From: Candidatus Moanibacter sp.
GTDB taxonomy: Bacteria > Verrucomicrobiota > Verrucomicrobiia > Opitutales > UBA2987
DNA: 30,568 nucleotides
Reading direction: 5' to 3'
NCBI GenBank assembly: GCA_965215885.1
Contig: CBDCEW010000032.1
Coordinates: forward strand, 1 to 30,568
The notes below the pieces were generated by a model that did no database searches, was not told where the DNA came from, and saw only the letters and a program-made list of their open reading frames with translations. Of the stretch, positions 18,211-27,740 are shown one piece after another (the stretch's first letter is position 1; every line of letters starts with the position of its first letter). The position numbers and the translations under genes were made by a program.

Positions 18211-18737
18211 ACACCCCGTTGGACAACACCATGAGTGGAGAACCGCAGTATACCATACGGCGGATACAATCAGGAGATGCGGATGGCTTGCTCCATTTCT
18301 ATAACGGACTGAGCACGACATCTAACAGGACTTTTCAACCGTTGGGCACCAAAACCACATTGGATGTATGCCTGGACATTATCCAAGATAATGGGCCCGA
18401 CAGAGACAAGAAAATCGATTTAATCGCGTTATGCGGAACACGGATTATCGGATCGTGCTTTCTCTGGAATCTCGAATCAGATAAGCCTACGTTGGGCCTG
18501 GGAATCGCAGATGATCATCAGGGAAAAGGCCTTGGAGGGAAGCTCATGGACCATGTGATGACGGCTGCTCGTGAACGTGGATTGAGAAAAGTGTTCTTAT
18601 CGGTTGTCAAGGACAACGAAGTCGCCCGAAGGATGTATGAGAAGCGTGGGTTCCTCAGATGCGATGAATATATTACCGAGGATGGACTGACCTATTTGGG
18701 TATGGCAGCAGAACTTCCCACCAGGAGGAAACGATGA
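18207..18737 (+). CDS. GNAT-family N-acetyltransferase
   Basis: Motif A DHQGKGLGGKL and motif B NEVARRMYEKRGF; 4-bp overlaps with both neighbouring genes (alternative start ATG 18231). Confidence 0.88.
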   Translation: MNTPLDNTMSGEPQYTIRRIQSGDADGLLHFYNGLSTTSNRTFQPLGTKTTLDVCLDIIQDNGPDRDKKIDLIALCGTRIIGSCFLWNLESDKPTLGLGIADDHQGKGLGGKLMDHVMTAARERGLRKVFLSVVKDNEVARRMYEKRGFLRCDEYITEDGLTYLGMAAELPTRRKR

Positions 18738-20173
18738 ACGGCAGACTACTCGGCATGTATATCCACATGCACTGGAGTTACAACTACCCTTATGCAGCAC
18801 GAACATGGAGTCTTGAAGACTGGAGCGCCTACCTGTCCGGGTTGAAAGGGTTAGGATATAAACTGGTTCAGATCTGGCCGATGATCGATACGATGCCCGT
18901 GCAATTGACCAAAAGCGACCACGCACATTTAGACAAAGTTCGGCAAGTTATCGACATTATTCATGAATACGGCATGACCGTCTACGTGGGTGCCAGTGCT
19001 AACACTATTGGCAACGAGAGAGCGACTGACTACGAATTCAATGACCGTCCTTACTTTGTCGCTGAGAGGCGGATAAACCCTGGGGATAAACAAGAAGTCA
19101 TGGAACTGATGAAAGCCCGGAAAATGTTCCTCGAGCCGCTTGCTCAGGCCGACGGGTTCTGGATTATCGACAATGATCCAGGGGGGTATGCGGGATCTTC
19201 TCCGTGTGAGTTTATGAAGCTGTTTGAGAAGCATCGTCACGTGCTCGACGATTTGCGGCCGGGGATCAAGCTTCTTTATTGGATGTGGGCCGGATGGCGG
19301 GATCGGCCCGATTTTCGGGAGAGGTGGAAGGACAATCCGCAGACATGCTGGTGTGATGTGCTGGAAGGCATTATGGCTCTCAACCCCGAGCCTTGGGGGC
19401 TCTTGGCGTGTTGCAGAGGTCATTTCGCCGTTGTTAAGGCTCTCGGTTTGGCATCTCGCACTCTATATTTCCCGTACTCTACGATCGAGTGTGAGCCATC
19501 GTTCCCCTGGACTAATCATAATCCTGAGCAGATTGTTAACGCCTTCGAAGAGATTCCGCCCAAGATGTTTCCGCTCGGAGTTATGGGCAACGCTCAATCG
19601 CATTGTCTGCAACTGCCGCATACCTATCTCTTCAGACATATCGCCTGTGGTGGCACAAAGGGCGATACCCGTTTGCAGGAATTCGCAGAAGACGTGCTTC
19701 CAGGATTTGGAGATGGTTTAGCCAAGGCGTGGACCGCCATGGGTGAGGAAGATATAGGGGCATTAGAATCCGCCGCCACCGTACTTGCGCGAATCCCTTT
19801 CGAGGCTACACAATCACAAGGAAGATTTTCCGGACTATGTTTTGGGAAGGTGGACCGTCTTGTTCATGACCTCAAAGCGCAGATTGCTGTGAAAACTGCA
19901 CTATTAAGAATGAAGGAGCAAATTGACCGAGGCGCCAATCTCAACGGGACATTAAAGAATGTGGTACAGTCCTTACAAACCTGGTGGAAACGACATGGCT
20001 TCGCAGACCGATATTATGGGCCTTTTAAAGATCTACTGCATCCAATTCTCAGAGAGACAGCAGAACAGATCCAGCGGGGCGACCAACTCTCACGAGCGCT
20101 TGATGCATTTGACGCTGGATCGCAGCACGGGGCTTTTGCCCGACTTCTTGAAGTTCTAAAGACGGTGGAATGA
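18734..20173 (+). CDS. Hypothetical protein, possible glycoside-hydrolase-like TIM barrel
   Basis: 479-aa ORF with AGGAGG RBS and ATGA coupling. GMYIHMHW...WSLEDW..YL..L..LGYKLVQIW and IDNDPGG are reminiscent of GH-like barrels; family not determined. Confidence 0.65.
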   Translation: MNGRLLGMYIHMHWSYNYPYAARTWSLEDWSAYLSGLKGLGYKLVQIWPMIDTMPVQLTKSDHAHLDKVRQVIDIIHEYGMTVYVGASANTIGNERATDYEFNDRPYFVAERRINPGDKQEVMELMKARKMFLEPLAQADGFWIIDNDPGGYAGSSPCEFMKLFEKHRHVLDDLRPGIKLLYWMWAGWRDRPDFRERWKDNPQTCWCDVLEGIMALNPEPWGLLACCRGHFAVVKALGLASRTLYFPYSTIECEPSFPWTNHNPEQIVNAFEEIPPKMFPLGVMGNAQSHCLQLPHTYLFRHIACGGTKGDTRLQEFAEDVLPGFGDGLAKAWTAMGEEDIGALESAATVLARIPFEATQSQGRFSGLCFGKVDRLVHDLKAQIAVKTALLRMKEQIDRGANLNGTLKNVVQSLQTWWKRHGFADRYYGPFKDLLHPILRETAEQIQRGDQLSRALDAFDAGSQHGAFARLLEVLKTVE

Positions 20174-20411
20174 TATTGTCCAACTAACAGGTTCCACTTT
20201 CCCATCGTGCCTCTCAATCCATTCGACTGGCTCATGGCAGGCAGTGATCTGATGTCGAAAATATCGAGTGAACGTCCAACATCCAATCCCGGCTTGCCGG
20301 GATTCGATTTCACCCTCGTTTCCCACCGTCAGGGCATCAACCGCAATTTCTTGAATACCAGCCTATTATACTTCATCAATAGAAAAAACGTGTTCAAAAA
20401 ACTAAATTCTG

Positions 20412-21692
20412 ATGGATAGTATCATGAAACCACTAGCTCAAGAACATACCGTTGTATTGGAATGTCCGGACGATAAGAGATATTCCTGCTACAGCCCGGG
20501 CATTGCCCTTTTGCCCGGCGGCCGCTTAATCGCCACACTCGAGATAATCGGGCCGGATGTTAAGGGGATTGATGGCGCCGTTGAGCGAGCAGGTTACGGC
20601 TCGTGGCATCTCGGTATGATCTTTACCTCTGATGATCGAGGTGAGACCTGGAATAAGAAGGCGGAATTTTCATTTCTACACGCGCGGCCCTTTGTTTCCG
20701 GTAGCCGCGTATATGTATTGGGCCACTTAAATGATTTGAGGATAGTCGCTTCCAGTGACCGGGGAGAAACCTGGACAGAGACCTATAGTTTAACCGAGGG
20801 GGAGTACTGGCATCAGGCGCCGTCTAACGTACATTACGCCAACGGTTGTGTCTATCTGGTCATGGAGAAGCGTGCGGAGCGAGGGGTGCGGGGATGGCAG
20901 GTAGCAAATGTTGCGCCGGTTCTTATGAGGGGCCCTGAAGAAAAGGACTTAACGGACGTAGACAATTGGACATTCGCTTCGGAGCTGATTTTCATGGATG
21001 AGATACAACAGGAAGACCTGAATTACGTGGGAATTCCGTTCTTTGTTGTGAACAGGACGTCAACGGTAGATGTTGGAGGCGGACGCAGGGTCGCGCCTAT
21101 TGGGTGGCTTGAAACAAACGTCGTGCAGATAGTCGATCCGAACCATTACTGGTACGATCCTTCCGGAAAGACATACCACCTCTGGGCACGCGCGCATACT
21201 GGCGGAACGGGCTATGCGGCTATCGCAAAAGTCGTGGAAACGGGGTCCCAACCCGGCAGCGGTGAAATGACCACGATGTTTGAGAAGGTTCCCTCGGGAA
21301 AGCCCTGTGTTTATGTCCCATGTCCCGGTGGGCAAATGAAGTTTCACGTTGTCTACGACGATCTAACACAAACCTACTGGTTACTCAGTACACAGGCTAC
21401 GGACAGTATGACGCGAGCTGAAAAGCTGCCTGCCGATCGATTTAATCTGCCAAATAACGAACGACGGCGATTAGTGCTCCATTTTTCAAAAAACATGATT
21501 GATTGGTGCTTTGCCGGAGTTGTCGCGATAGGGCCGACAGAAAAAGGATCACGTCATTACGCGAGTATGTTAATAAATGGCGACGATCTGCAAATTCTGA
21601 GCCGATCCGGCGATGAGCGCGCACACACGGCTCACGACGGCAATCTAATTACCTTCCATGATGTGAAAAACTTCCGAGATCTGATTTATTAG
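20412..21692 (+). CDS. BNR/Asp-box (sialidase-like beta-propeller) protein
   Basis: Two Asp boxes, SDDRGETW and SSDRGETW; no signal peptide evident. Start may be 20424. Confidence 0.8.
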   Translation: MDSIMKPLAQEHTVVLECPDDKRYSCYSPGIALLPGGRLIATLEIIGPDVKGIDGAVERAGYGSWHLGMIFTSDDRGETWNKKAEFSFLHARPFVSGSRVYVLGHLNDLRIVASSDRGETWTETYSLTEGEYWHQAPSNVHYANGCVYLVMEKRAERGVRGWQVANVAPVLMRGPEEKDLTDVDNWTFASELIFMDEIQQEDLNYVGIPFFVVNRTSTVDVGGGRRVAPIGWLETNVVQIVDPNHYWYDPSGKTYHLWARAHTGGTGYAAIAKVVETGSQPGSGEMTTMFEKVPSGKPCVYVPCPGGQMKFHVVYDDLTQTYWLLSTQATDSMTRAEKLPADRFNLPNNERRRLVLHFSKNMIDWCFAGVVAIGPTEKGSRHYASMLINGDDLQILSRSGDERAHTAHDGNLITFHDVKNFRDLIY

Positions 21693-21860
21693 AGTCTTAT
21701 CCCGTAACTTCCATGCGATTTACGTAGAAAAGATCAATGGAACTCAGATTTCAGATGGCACAATTAGAGCCCTACCGATTCATTCCCCATCCGTTGTACA
21801 TCCTCCGAAGCTTTAGCATAGGAGGGCCCTTCATTTCCCGGCCTGCCGGGACTCACTCTC

Positions 21861-21930
21861 CCCTTTGCGTCTTTGCGTGAGAACTCTTTCCTCTTTCTCT
21901 CCGTTTCCCTCTGTTTCCTCCTGTTAAATT
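21861..21930. repeat. Composite short-period intergenic repeat, copy 2
   Basis: CCCTTTGCGTCTTTGCGTGAGAA...CTCTCCGTTTCCCTCTGTTTCCTCCTGTTAAA; similar to 990-1065. Confidence 0.65.
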
Positions 21931-22071
21931 CTCTTCCCAATTCGTTGCCCCTCTTTTGTGGTATCATCCTTCCAGTTTGGATGCCCGTTCGAGAGCCTCA
22001 GGGCCCTGATCCCGCTTAGCGGGACGCAGGGTGGCCACCGGCTGCCTTAGGAAACGCTGTATAAACTAATC

Positions 22072-23094
22072 ATGCTAACACGAGAAACCTACCGCGGTCT
22101 ATTTGCCTATCCTTCGACACCGTTTACAGCGGAATACGGTCTAGACGAGGATGCCCTCCGTCTCAATCTACGTAAACTCATTCGGATTGGTGTGCACGGC
22201 ATCGCACTCGCTGGAACCTCCGGTGAATCTTTCACATTGAATCCCGAAGAGTACAGACGTGTCGCCGAAATTCTATTCGAAGAAACTTCTGATACCGATG
22301 TACATTCTGTCCTCGGAGCATCGGCCCTCTCTACCAGCGAGGCCATCCAGCGTACCTCCATGGCCGCGGAGCTTGGATTGGATGCTGTAATGCTTCTGCA
22401 ACCCTATTACCTGCCGCTTACCCGTTTAGAGTTAATCACGTTTTGGAATGATTTATGCCGTGCCTGTCCCGATATTGGAGTAATTGTTTATCATTACGAT
22501 TGGATAAGGCAGGAATACAATCCGGGAATCTTTAAAGAACTGGAGCATTTGCCCAACCTGATAGGCAGTAAAGAGGCGCACTGGGATTTCGAGCTCTGGT
22601 TAAAGATGCATCGTGAAAGCCCGCTGGCACACATGAGTTCCACCGATGCCGGTTGGATCGTGGAACTATATCGGCACAACGCCGTAGGTGTTGGCAGTCT
22701 CCAAGTCTGTTTCATGCCTCATATCGTCAAAGAAGTATTGGATTTGTGTGCCATGGGCGAATTCGTAGAGGCGGAACGCATCCTCATCCCATTCACGGAA
22801 TTTATTGCCCGGATGAAGTTGGGTTTTGGGAAACCCCACATCTTCCCTTCCGAGCTTCCCAATTGGAGTGAATACAGTCCTCTGGCACGTCACAAAGCAC
22901 TGACGGATGCTTTTGGTTTCCTGCATGCGGGTCCTCCTCGCCCCCCGACCATAGGGGTTCCAAGCGAATTGCAGGAGAAACTGAAAACGTTTCTGGAATT
23001 GCGTTATCCGGAATTAATACCCCCTGATGACTTTGCCGAAACCGTCGAACCCGGGATCAAACTTTGGCGGCAAGCTGAGTATAGTGTCGTATAG
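22072..23094 (+). CDS. DHDPS/NAL superfamily class I aldolase, paralog 2
   Basis: STPF, GTSGE, LQPYY, VIVYH, LIGSKE; collinear with paralog 1 over its whole length. Confidence 0.9.
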   Translation: MLTRETYRGLFAYPSTPFTAEYGLDEDALRLNLRKLIRIGVHGIALAGTSGESFTLNPEEYRRVAEILFEETSDTDVHSVLGASALSTSEAIQRTSMAAELGLDAVMLLQPYYLPLTRLELITFWNDLCRACPDIGVIVYHYDWIRQEYNPGIFKELEHLPNLIGSKEAHWDFELWLKMHRESPLAHMSSTDAGWIVELYRHNAVGVGSLQVCFMPHIVKEVLDLCAMGEFVEAERILIPFTEFIARMKLGFGKPHIFPSELPNWSEYSPLARHKALTDAFGFLHAGPPRPPTIGVPSELQEKLKTFLELRYPELIPPDDFAETVEPGIKLWRQAEYSVV

Positions 23095-23478
23095 CACGAA
23101 AACCGAACGATCCCCGGCGTCCCGCTGAGCGCATTGGCGTTAACCTAACTTCGGTAATATACTTATATTCAGATAGTTGAATAATAAGAAAAGCCACCGG
23201 CGAATCGGTTTACGGGCCTACTATGCGCCTTAGTCTCCTGGGGCCCAAATTTTGGCAGGACTGCTCTTATCGGTTCACCGTCGTGGTTGATTTGCATCCC
23301 CCACGCTTGCCGTGGGGTCAGTTGAGGATTCGGGCTACACCAGATGACATTGAATATCAACGAATCCCTCGGTCTTGTGCCCATCGTTCTGAATTTCGGT
23401 TGGCACGCAAATTGCGTGGAGTTCTCTGGTTAGAGCATGAAGAAAATGGGGAGCAGAGGGAGGGCACTGGAGTCGTTG

Positions 23479-25333
23479 TCAGGAGGCAATCCGATGGGGT
23501 TGCGGGTTTAAGGATTGATCCTGGCGATTACAGACTTCGAAGAGTTCCTCAAGGAAGTTTTCTTTTCGCAGGAGCTTTTTGGGCAATCGACCCACGGCGA
23601 GGGTTTTTCTGTTCGCCCGCCAGTGACTGAAGGGGGGTGCTTTCTGTGCAGCCTGGGCAAGCTTTTGGGGCAGATTATCGATACTGCCTAAAACCAGCTC
23701 CACATAGCGGGGATTGTGTAAGTTGGCCAGGAGCATGTATTCTTCGGGGGAGCGCTTCAAAGTCGCGCGTCAGATTTTTGCGCCCGTGGGTTTGACGGCG
23801 TTTGCGCTTGGAGGTGCGCCAGGTGCCTTCCAGCTCATTGGTCGTGCGTACGCTGTCTGGATGGGCCGGTGGGGGAAGCAGCCGCTGCCAGTATTTGTCC
23901 AGATGAGTGACCACGGTGCGGTAGAGTTTGGCTTTCGAGGGGTTGGTCAGGGAGGCGCCTTTTTGGCGATATTGGGCACGCAGCAACTGGAGAGCCTCGG
24001 TGAGCTCAGCGGCTTGTCCTGCTTGCAACAGATAAGGGTCGCTTAAAGGGCAGGGGCCGCTGGCGCTGAGCCAAAGGGCATCGCGCAAAGCGCTGAAAAT
24101 GCAAAAAGCGTTTTCATAGATAGTAGCGGCTTCGATGACGAGGGCATCAGCCAGATACTGCTTCAACCCGGTCGAAAGATGAAAGAAGCTTCGCAGAACA
24201 GAGCAACTGGCAGGAGCGCGGGCAAGCCACTGCTCCAGGGCGGCATGGGCGCGCACGACCCGCCGATGCCAATAAAGCAGGTAAGGATCGAAGGGAAAGC
24301 CCTGGCGGTGACCGTCGCAGGGATAATCCAAAATCCACAATTGCAGGGCCATGAGCAGTTCCCGTGCAAGGGTGGGATCGAAGGGCACTGCGAGCGCTTT
24401 GGCGGTGAGCAAATCGGCCAGGACGAGGGCGTGTTTTTCACGGAGGGCGTCACGGAGCTTTGCGGTGATGTGTTTGCGTTGCTCGCGCATGCGCTCCATG
24501 AGCTTCAATTGCCGCAAGCGTCCGTTGAGCATCTGCTGGGGGTTTCGATAAAGCTGTTCGCCCACATTGCGGGCGAAATGATAATGGCAGACGCCATGGG
24601 GGGCCTGGAAGGTTTCGCTCTCGCAGGCCTTGCTGATCTGAGCGCTTAAATCATGATAGACATGGTGGGGTTGGCCAAAAGCCCGGGCCGCCCGGGCAAA
24701 ACAGCCACTGATCGTTTCGCTCTGTTCGGAAGGCATTTTCCAGCTGCCCAAAAGGATCCCTTCGTCGGCTTCCTGAACAGCGAAGAAAACCGGCGTCTGC
24801 GGTTCCACGGTCCCATCCACCAGCCAGCGCAGGCAAGGGCGAGCGCTCAGGTAATCTTTAAGCACCGGAGCGGCCGCGGCGTGCAGCCGACCCAGATAAA
24901 AAAGAAACTTCTGCTGCATCTCATAGAGGCTGCTTTGAGCAATCTGCAGCTGCCCCGGGCCCTCGCGCAGTTCCCTGTGCACCTCTTTGAGGGTGGCGCT
25001 TTCGCACAAACATCGCTTGCCCACATAGGCAATCAGATCGTAAGCGTAGCGACTATGCGAGGGCACGATCTGTTCCAGGCGAGCAGAACGGTAGCTGTTG
25101 CGGTGGCTCCCTTGCCCCTGCTCGCGCACAACTTCCACCGCCTGGAAGCATCCATAGGAGAAACTGACCACCTTGCGGCGCAGGGTCTTGCGCACCTCTG
25201 AAGGACCCTCTTCGTCCTCCCGGGCATCGAAGCGATAACTCGTTTGCGCAGGCACAGCCCCCACCGTTTGCAGGGCCCGTTCAGCCTCTGCCCGCAAATC
25301 ATGTAACAGCTCCGCTACCGCGATCGTTCCGGT
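23479..25333 (-). CDS. DDE transposase OrfB (CxxH-containing; IS256/Mutator- or ISL3-like), with a frameshift near the C-terminus
   Basis: WLVDGT (D), YHDLS (D), CHYHF, RTTNELEG (E). The C-terminus continues in another frame (PEEYMLLANL...) after a C5 run at 23746-23750. The frame is open up to the A9 run. Confidence 0.8.
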
Positions 25334-26017
25334 TTTTTTTTGAGCGAGTAAAACGCCATCACCCGCTCAATTTGCTCCCCCGCTCAGCTCTACTCCCTGC
25401 TCTTGCATAAGCTCGACAAGCTCCTTGACCCCGGCCTCGGGATGGCCGATACAGGCGACCAGCAAAGCGATCACGACCATCGTTTCGAGCCCTTCGGGAG
25501 CTGCCTGCAAAGCGCCCCCGGGGTCCCCTGCCTGAACTTGTGCCGCTGTTCTTCGCCCTTGCCGCCGCTTTTTCTGTTCGGCCCCGCCCTGTTCTCCGGC
25601 CGAGACATACACGCAGTGACGCCCTTCATAGTATCGACTCAACCGCTTCTTTCTACAAAGCACGCTTATGGGGTTGTGCACCCGTACCCCAAGGAGGGTC
25701 TCCAACTCAGCCACCGTGTAGCCGCAAAGCGAAGCTCCCACCACCGCCTCCACGGTCTCCTCCAAGGTGCCGTGGCGCGAAAAGCGCCCCTTGCGAAAAC
25801 GCCACAAACCGGCCCCGTCAAAGCGCGGAATGTCTTTCAAGCTCAGGTAGCCACAATTGGCATTGTAACTGGAGTAATGGCCATATTTTTGCAAAGCCCG
25901 ATAGACCGTTCGCCGCGACACCCTCTGCTCCTTCATCAGCCTCCACACCGTGCTTACCCGATCCCGCCGTACCGCTTCGACCACCTCCCTCTCTTTACGC
26001 GAAAGCTCTTCTTGCAT
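25313..26017 (-). CDS. IS OrfA, putative DNA-binding protein, with a 1-bp frameshift near its end
   Basis: HTH-like VSRRTVYRAL. Removing one G from the G5 run (25377-25381) extends the ORF as EQIERVMAFYSLKKKPERSR* through the A9 run. Confidence 0.7.
25333..25341 (-). other. A9 slippery site, putative programmed -1 frameshift joining OrfA to OrfB
   Basis: CTC AAA AAA AAA CCG; a -1 shift gives ACC GGA ACG ATC GCG..., which is the OrfB frame (TGTIAVAELLHDLRAEAER). Confidence 0.65.
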
Positions 26018-26338
26018 GCACCGGCACAGGTATGGAAAGGAGGCAAAACTGCAAACTTTCTTTTACATACAATGCCAATACCAACTTTCTCCAGCTCCCT
26101 TCGCTTCTACTCAATTGCCACCAGAAATCAACTCCCCGTTCAAAGCGCTTTTGTAACTGATTAATACTCAACAAGTTTCTAACTGAAAACAAACCTGCAG
26201 GAAAAGCTCTCTACCTCTAACGAACCCACACACAACAATCGTTGAAACTCCATTCTGGCATACTATGTAATCAATAGAATCTTGCAAGTGCCTGAATAAC
26301 ATTTACTTTGGGTTCTCCAACCCAATTTCGTAATTATG

Positions 26339-26385
26339 GGCACAAGACCGGGGCAGCCGGTAATCGAAGGCATCACGCTAAACAC
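26339..26385 (+). repeat. Right part of the ~55-bp repeat (copy 3), fused to the IS end
   Basis: GGCACAAGACCGGGGCAGCCGGTAATCGAAGGC...CGCTAAACAC. Confidence 0.75.
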
Positions 26386-26468
26386 CGGGTACCTCTACCT
26401 CGCTAAGATTCGGACGAGGCGTGGCAACCTTCTCTTGACCTGTCTACTTTGCGTAGATTGTTTCCAGT

Positions 26469-27680
26469 GTGAAAGTCTCAATGGACGCGGTTCTTTATAA
26501 AATTCCCGGCGTGGAATGGCAACGGCTAGGCGGTATGTCCTTGCTGGAGCGCAACCTCAGACTTCTCGACGCGGCCGGCGTAAAGAGAGCGCTTGTCCTG
26601 GTCCCTCCAGGTGACCGGGCACCGTCACTTTCGATACCACGGCCATTACATCTCGATCGGCATACCTTCAACATCGCCGCGGATGAGAAGGATCTTCTAT
26701 CTCTCCTACTCGATCTCGGCCGGCACGACCTCGGCACTTTCCTATTTTACAATGCGAATTTGCTCATCGATCCACGATTGATCGAAACTCTCCGAAACCG
26801 CAACGCACCCTGTTTATTGGTTGAAGGTCAGGCGGAAAGGTCCAATCCAGTATGGCAGGTTGGGCTGTTCGATCCTCAACACCTGGTAGCGTCCGAAGAC
26901 TTACTCAACATAGCTGATAGGATGGGAACTGATGAAGTATCGCATTACGACCCCGAAGTCAGGGGTGATGTTGTGCCCTATTGCGAGAAGATTGACAGTG
27001 CGGCTTCGGCCAGGCTCGGCTGGCGCCTTCTCATCAAACGCGCCCAGAAAAGGCCCGGCGATTTTATCGAGAAATACGTCCATCCCGAAATTCAGAACTG
27101 GACGGTGAAAAGCATATGCAACACGCCCATCACTCCAAACCAAATCAGCTTTCTAGTGGTTGTAAGTGCGTCTGCCGCAGCAGTTTTCTTCTACATCGGT
27201 TCTTTCTTCCTGGCCTGGTTTGCCGCCTTTGTTGCTACCGTTCTGGACGGAGTCGACGGCAAACTCGCGCGAGTGAAGCTGATGACCTCAAAGGTCGGAA
27301 AACTTGAACACGTCTTCGACTATTTCTATGAAAATGCATGGTACCTATGTCTGGCGGCACATTTGGCGCAGTGGCACGGATTTTTCGCCTGGAAAGTGGG
27401 TTTGGCTGTGACGGCATGCGACACGGCAAACAAAATAATCGGTGGTCTTTTCGGGAAGTATACCGGCAAGACACTCGATGAGATGTCTCAATTTGACCGT
27501 GATTTTCGTCTCATCGGAGGGAGACGGAGCATCTACATCTTCATCCTCCTTATCGGCTTCCTCTTCCAAGCGCCCTTTCCGGCATTTCAGGTGGTTCTCC
27601 TCTGGGCTGCATTTACCGTCACCGTACAAGCGTGCCGCGCCGTATACCACGCCCTTGAAACGAACTCGCCGGCAGCCTGA
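26469..27680 (+). CDS. CDP-alcohol phosphotransferase (DIPPS-like) with degenerate N-terminal nucleotidyltransferase-like domain
   Basis: ITPNQIS and DGVDGKLAR...G.LEHVFD signature with transmembrane helices. N-terminal LGGMSLLERNLRLL..AGV resembles NTP transferases but has no GxGxR loop. Confidence 0.88.
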   Translation: MKVSMDAVLYKIPGVEWQRLGGMSLLERNLRLLDAAGVKRALVLVPPGDRAPSLSIPRPLHLDRHTFNIAADEKDLLSLLLDLGRHDLGTFLFYNANLLIDPRLIETLRNRNAPCLLVEGQAERSNPVWQVGLFDPQHLVASEDLLNIADRMGTDEVSHYDPEVRGDVVPYCEKIDSAASARLGWRLLIKRAQKRPGDFIEKYVHPEIQNWTVKSICNTPITPNQISFLVVVSASAAAVFFYIGSFFLAWFAAFVATVLDGVDGKLARVKLMTSKVGKLEHVFDYFYENAWYLCLAAHLAQWHGFFAWKVGLAVTACDTANKIIGGLFGKYTGKTLDEMSQFDRDFRLIGGRRSIYIFILLIGFLFQAPFPAFQVVLLWAAFTVTVQACRAVYHALETNSPAA

Positions 27681-27740
27681 CGGGCTTCGCTTCCCAGAGA
27701 TTTCATGCCAACCAACTGGGCGGCATCCCCAATCACCTGG

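Larger units (their letters stand above)
23371..26349 (-). mobile_element. 2,979-bp insertion sequence with two ORFs and imperfect ~33-bp terminal inverted repeats; no target duplication
   Basis: Left GGTCTTGTGCCCATCGTTCTGAATTTCGGTTGG versus right CCAACCCAATTTCGTAATTATGGGCACAAGACC (outer 14 bp perfectly inverted); encloses a DDE transposase; coding part is more GC-rich than the flanks. Confidence 0.85.

Noticed and set aside
21690..21710. IS-like terminus AGAGTCTTATCCCGTAA at the Asp-box gene stop codon
   Set aside because: Single occurrence with no matching inverted end in the window.
10630..23094. Naming either aldolase dapA or nanA
   Set aside because: Canonical motifs are altered and the context is not lysine biosynthesis or a nan operon.
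23140..23370. End of a second IS truncated by the main IS (CCTAACTTCGG...)
   Set aside because: No partner inverted repeat or recognisable transposase residues in the window.
24179..26164. Long plus-strand ORFs inside the IS, and similar antisense ORFs across the window
   Set aside because: Shadow ORFs of GC-rich coding sequence on the opposite strand; no motifs.
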